From Naegleria gruberi (lineage: Eukaryota): a DNA stretch of 1,406 bases. Shown here piece by piece: positions 1-1,406 of the stretch. The stretch lies in NCBI GenBank assembly GCA_000004985.1, contig GG739429.1. The stretch is one strand, 5' to 3'. The number at the start of each line of letters is the position of its first letter. Positions within the stretch are counted from its first letter, which is position 1. The translations under genes were made by a program, and so were the position numbers. The notes below the pieces were generated by a model. That model had not been told where the DNA came from. It saw nothing but the letters and a program-made list of their open reading frames with translations, and made no database searches.

Positions 1-32
1 TTGTAAAACTGTAAATGTAATGAAAATAGTTT
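1..32. repeat. Left-edge copy of the array terminus. It is a direct repeat of 1006-1036 with a 5-bp indel, probably the end of a second GTAAA-type array lying upstream of the window.
   Basis: Bases 20-32 (ATGAAAATAGTTT) are an exact 13-mer match to 1024-1036. The preceding 11-19 (GTAAATGTAA) matches 1006-1020 (GTAAATAAATGTAAA), with an extra AGTCA in the right copy: TAAATGTAA[AGTCA]TGAAAATAGTTT. Bases 3-19 also show GTAAA periodicity (GTAAAAC TGTAAAT GTAA). An exact 13-mer plus flank is unlikely by chance in 1.4 kb, even in AT-rich DNA (rough expectation ~0.1). Confidence 0.55.
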
Positions 33-188
33 CGGATAAATGAAATTCTCAAGTTAATGGAAAGTTCATTGTTTTCTAAAAGGTTACGCCCACAATTAAT
101 ACAGAGGAAGATACGCGGTGTTAAAATGAGAGGGTGGTAAAAACCTCCCAGCGATGGCTGTGCAAAAAAACTCGGCTGATAATTAATA

Positions 189-219
189 CCTGCAGTATTT
201 TAAAAATAAATACTGCAGG
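189..219. other. Perfect palindrome / stem-loop: a 12-bp stem (CCTGCAGTATTT / AAATACTGCAGG) around a 7-nt loop (TAAAAAT). It could be a bidirectional or minus-strand intrinsic terminator, or a protein-binding operator.
   Basis: 189-200 is the exact reverse complement of 208-219, with 5 of 12 G·C pairs. Each arm contains CTGCAG. A chance 12/12 inverted repeat with a short loop in this window is improbable (rough expectation <0.01). The plus-strand 3' flank (CACCTATTATTCC) is not U-rich at once. The minus-strand 3' flank (UAUUAAUUAUC, then a U7 run at 164-170) is moderately U-rich. A terminator role is therefore plausible but not canonical. Confidence 0.4.
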
Positions 220-345
220 CACCTATTATTCCATGCCGGAAGATTATGTATTATTATGTATCAAATGATTATTATTTAATACAAATTGTTTGCTTCATTA
301 TGATTAAACATTAAACTAGGTTTTATTAATAATAAATACTGTTAA

Positions 346-379
346 TTTATTCAACAAATAGTAATATATATAAATAAAC
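346..379 (+). promoter_or_regulatory. Possible sigma-A-like promoter or TATA element (TATATATAAAT) upstream of the 400-660 unit.
   Basis: TATAAA at 369-374 matches TATAAT 5/6 as a -10 element. The -35 candidates 17 bp upstream (TTTATT 346-351, or TCAACA 351-356 with a 12-bp spacer) are poor. In AT-rich DNA such hexamers are frequent, so this is weak. TATATAAA is also a perfect eukaryotic TATA box. Confidence 0.15.
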
Positions 380-413
380 GTTAATATTTCAATAATGTCT
401 AATTCTGAGCGAA

Positions 414-599
414 GTGAAGAATGGACTTGTTTTCATTGTAAACTTAATATTTTTCCATGCTCAAAAAATTATCACAATGGCCCCAACACCAACTACACCA
501 AAGAACAACAAGAAAACGAAAGACCTTAGCTCACCTTCTGCAGGTAGCTCCCACCCAATTAGTCCCACCCTTATTCAACCTTTTTTACGCTCTCAATGA
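414..599 (+). CDS. Doubtful 61-aa ORF with a GTG start. The N-terminal part is hydrophobic (GLVFIVNLIFF) and the rest is Pro/Thr/Ser/Lys-rich.
   Basis: It is listed in the ORF track, but the start codon is GTG and the upstream sequence (ctgagcgaaGTG) gives only a weak Shine-Dalgarno match. Codon third positions are C-rich (ccc, acc, tcc, cac), unlike the A/T-ending usage of the convincing minus-strand CDS. The internal ATG at 477 (acaATGg) gives only 40 aa. It is more likely a non-coding C/A-rich region than a gene. It is kept as a low-confidence alternative, possibly a small membrane peptide of type-I-toxin-like size. Confidence 0.15.
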   Translation: MKNGLVFIVNLIFFHAQKIITMAPTPTTPKNNKKTKDLSSPSAGSSHPISPTLIQPFLRSQ

Positions 600-631
600 T
601 TCTTGGTAAGTGTTCGTTGAAGTGAGGTTTC

Positions 632-660
632 AGATATCATCGAATGATATCTTTTTTATT
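632..660 (+). terminator. Candidate Rho-independent terminator: a 9-bp stem (AGATATCAT / ATGATATCT), a 3-nt loop (CGA), then TTTTTTATTTT.
   Basis: 632-640 is the reverse complement of 644-652. It is followed immediately by T6-A-T4 (653-663). The stem is AT-rich (2 G·C pairs), so the predicted stability is modest. It lies ~35 bp after the stop of the 414-599 ORF and the C/A-rich island. The minus-strand flank is not U-rich, so any activity is plus-strand specific. Confidence 0.4.
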
Positions 661-764
661 TTAATTTCAATTTAGTTTATGCCTCCTACTCGCATCTCCT
701 AATTTTTTTCTTATCTTTACTAATACTATTGATAAGTTTTTTTATAAGAGCCATATTTATTAAT

Positions 765-846
765 CTCGGGACCTGCTAATAAAGATTTATATCCATTAAA
801 GCAGGTCTCAAGGCTGAATCACCTTAAAGGTGAAACAGTCCCTGAG
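765..846. other. Nested three-stem structured element (candidate RNA structure or recombination/binding site).
   Basis: Outer stem CTCGGGAC (765-772) pairs with GTCCCtGAG (838-846), 8 bp with one bulged T at 843. Inner hairpin A is GACCTGCT (770-777) / AGCAGGTC (800-807), extendable by G·U and G-C to 768/809, with a 22-nt AT-rich loop. This stem shares bases 770-772 with the outer stem, so the two are alternative or partly exclusive pairings. Inner hairpin B is TCACC (819-823) / GGTGA (829-833) with loop TTAAA. The element is a relatively GC-rich ~80-bp patch inside very AT-rich DNA. Confidence 0.3.
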
Positions 847-955
847 CTTTAATACCCATTAGTATAATTACTTGTTCTCAATCTTGTTTTTATTAATTTG
901 CAATGTAACAACGTAAATAAACTTAAAAAGACATTACTATTTGTAATTATTTGAT

Positions 956-1020
956 ATAAATAAACGTAAATAAATGTAAATAAACGTAAATAAATGTAAA
1001 TAAATGTAAATAAATGTAAA
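956..1020. repeat. Tandem array of ~6.5 copies of a 10-bp unit GTAAATAAA(C/T), with a 20-bp higher-order unit in the first four copies.
   Basis: Read directly: 956-965 aTAAATAAAC, 966-975 GTAAATAAAT, 976-985 GTAAATAAAC, 986-995 GTAAATAAAT, 996-1005 GTAAATAAAT, 1006-1015 GTAAATAAAT, 1016-1020 GTAAA(g), then it degenerates. Isolated single copies of the same 10-mer occur at 913-922 (GTAAATAAAC) and 370-379 (aTAAATAAAC followed by G). The array ends 14 bp before the CDS stop codon. The 10-bp period equals one helical turn, so phased A3 tracts are expected to give intrinsic curvature. Confidence 0.9.
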
Positions 1021-1034
1021 GTCATGAAAATAGT

Positions 1035-1406
1035 TTATTTTTCTTCTGCAAAAAGCTTTTTCAATTCTTCTTTGATAGCAGCGTGTTCTATTTTATCTTG
1101 TATTTCTAGTTTCTCTCGTCTTTTAGTGATATAGGAAGATACTTCAATAGATAATGCCTCTATTTCACCGAATTGATTTTCTAACAATTCCATCTTTTTC
1201 TTATTTTCTGTAATAATCTTTTGATAAAATTGCATACAATACTCATAAAAACCTTCTTCTAGCTCAACTTTTCTTTTTAAAGCATCTCTTTCTTCTCTAT
1301 CTGAAAGAATATCTGTTAATTCTTGTAAAAGTAATGAAGTTTCTGACATAGTATAATCGTTTTGTTCATTATCTGTCTTGATAGCTTTAACAGCTTTCTT
1401 TGATAA
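1035..1406 (-). CDS. Hypothetical protein, C-terminal part, K/E-rich and probably coiled-coil. 5' end lies outside the window (the ORF track lists only 1035..1349 from the first in-window Met).
   Basis: The track shows a 104-aa minus-strand ORF 1035..1349 with TAA stop (complement of 1035-1037). I translated the complement of 1350-1406 in the same frame (…LSKKAVKAIKTDNEQNDYT-MSETS…). It has no stop codon up to base 1406, so the frame is open to the window edge for at least 123 codons. No Shine-Dalgarno-like purine run precedes the ATG at 1349 (upstream minus-strand sequence aaaacgattatactATG). It is therefore more likely an internal Met than the true start. Codon usage is A/T-ending (AGA for Arg, TTA for Leu, CAA for Gln, GAA>>GAG), consistent with the local ~30% GC. 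Heptad-like spacing of hydrophobics in a charged background (ELLENQFGEIEALSIEV…KLEIQDKIEHAAIKEELKKLFAEEK). I recognise no family. Confidence 0.7.
   Translation of the reverse strand, partial: LSKKAVKAIKTDNEQNDYTMSETSLLLQELTDILSDREERDALKRKVELEEGFYEYCMQFYQKIITENKKKMELLENQFGEIEALSIEVSSYITKRREKLEIQDKIEHAAIKEELKKLFAEEK

Larger units (their letters stand above)
400..660 (+). ncRNA. Candidate small plus-strand transcript (sRNA or small-peptide mRNA) covering the C/A-rich island with duplicated CCCACCC motifs and ending at the 632-660 terminator. The 5' end is not determinable.
   Basis: The segment 477-590 is ~70% C+A on the plus strand and very G-poor, in sharp contrast to the AT-rich flanks. It contains the direct repeats AGCTCCCACCC (546-556) and AGTCCCACCC (561-570). 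C-rich single-stranded motifs of this kind are the seed regions of known Firmicute sRNAs that pair with G-rich Shine-Dalgarno sequences (established for the RsaE/RoxS type). The application to this locus is inference. A terminator-like hairpin follows at 632-660. Confidence 0.2.

Noticed and set aside
40-72. Weak inverted repeat AATGAAA … (19 nt) … GTTCATT
   Set aside because: It is a 6/7 match with a long loop in AT-rich sequence, which is within chance expectation.
126-140. Mini-ORF ATG AGA GGG TGG TAA (MRGW) overlapping the GGGTGG/CCTCCC hairpin, read as a possible leader peptide or attenuator
   Set aside because: Only 4 codons. The nearest purine-rich SD-like run (GAGGAAG, 104-110) is ~15 nt upstream, which is too far. 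There is no downstream regulated gene in the right orientation. It is most likely coincidental.
468-477. DnaA-box-like TTATCACAA
   Set aside because: It is one base short of, or mismatched to, the TTATCCACA consensus. It occurs as a single copy with no cluster, which is not enough for an oriC or DnaA-regulated site.
678-701. Small ORFs near AGGAGG-like sequences (plus ATGCCTCCTACTCGCATCTCCTAA, 7 aa; minus-strand AGGAGG … TTG AAA TTA AAA TAA, 4 aa)
   Set aside because: Both are far too short and lack a sensible context. The SD-like words appear to be incidental complements of CCTCCT.
594-760. Eukaryotic intron after a mini first exon (ATGATTCTTG|GTAAGT … TACTAAT … TTTTTTTATAAG)
   Set aside because: The motifs are individually present. 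However, no plus-strand reading frame continues after any plausible 3' splice site (stops at once, and no ≥60-aa plus ORF exists downstream). A 7-mer like GTAAGT is expected by chance (~0.2 occurrences per window). It is kept only as a caveat in the findings.
765-848. tRNA or tRNA-like gene
   Set aside because: There is no 7-bp acceptor stem with a proper CCA or discriminator. There are no D- or T-arm consensus sequences (no GTTCRANYC). The stem sizes and loops (22-nt loop) are incompatible with a cloverleaf.
956-1020. CRISPR array
   Set aside because: The repeat unit is only 10 bp, the copies are directly adjacent with no unique spacers, and the repeats are not palindromic. This is a simple tandem array, not a CRISPR.

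Overview
The window is AT-rich. It holds one convincing protein-coding region, on the minus strand from 1035 to the 3' window edge at 1406. The reading frame is still open at base 1406, so the gene very probably starts beyond the window. The product is a K/E-rich, coiled-coil-like protein I cannot assign to a known family. The remaining ~1 kb (1-1034) has no credible ORF but several strong non-random signals: (a) a 6.5-copy tandem array of a 10-bp unit GTAAATAAA(C/T) directly 3' of the CDS stop; (b) a ~25-bp direct repeat of the array terminus at the left window edge, suggesting a second array copy upstream; (c) a perfect 12-bp-stem palindrome at 189-219; (d) a C+A-rich, G-poor island with two CCCACCC copies, followed by an inverted repeat with a T-run at 632-660, which together look like a small plus-strand transcription unit (sRNA or small peptide); (e) a nested three-stem structure at 765-846. 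I cannot decide from sequence alone whether the DNA is bacterial (low-GC Firmicute-like, chromosomal or plasmid) or from an AT-rich yeast-like eukaryote. Some features (TATATAAA, an A-rich G-poor leader, ACAATGG, GTAAGT) would equally fit a yeast intergenic region, and I flag this explicitly. No CRISPR, tRNA, rRNA or transposase is visible.
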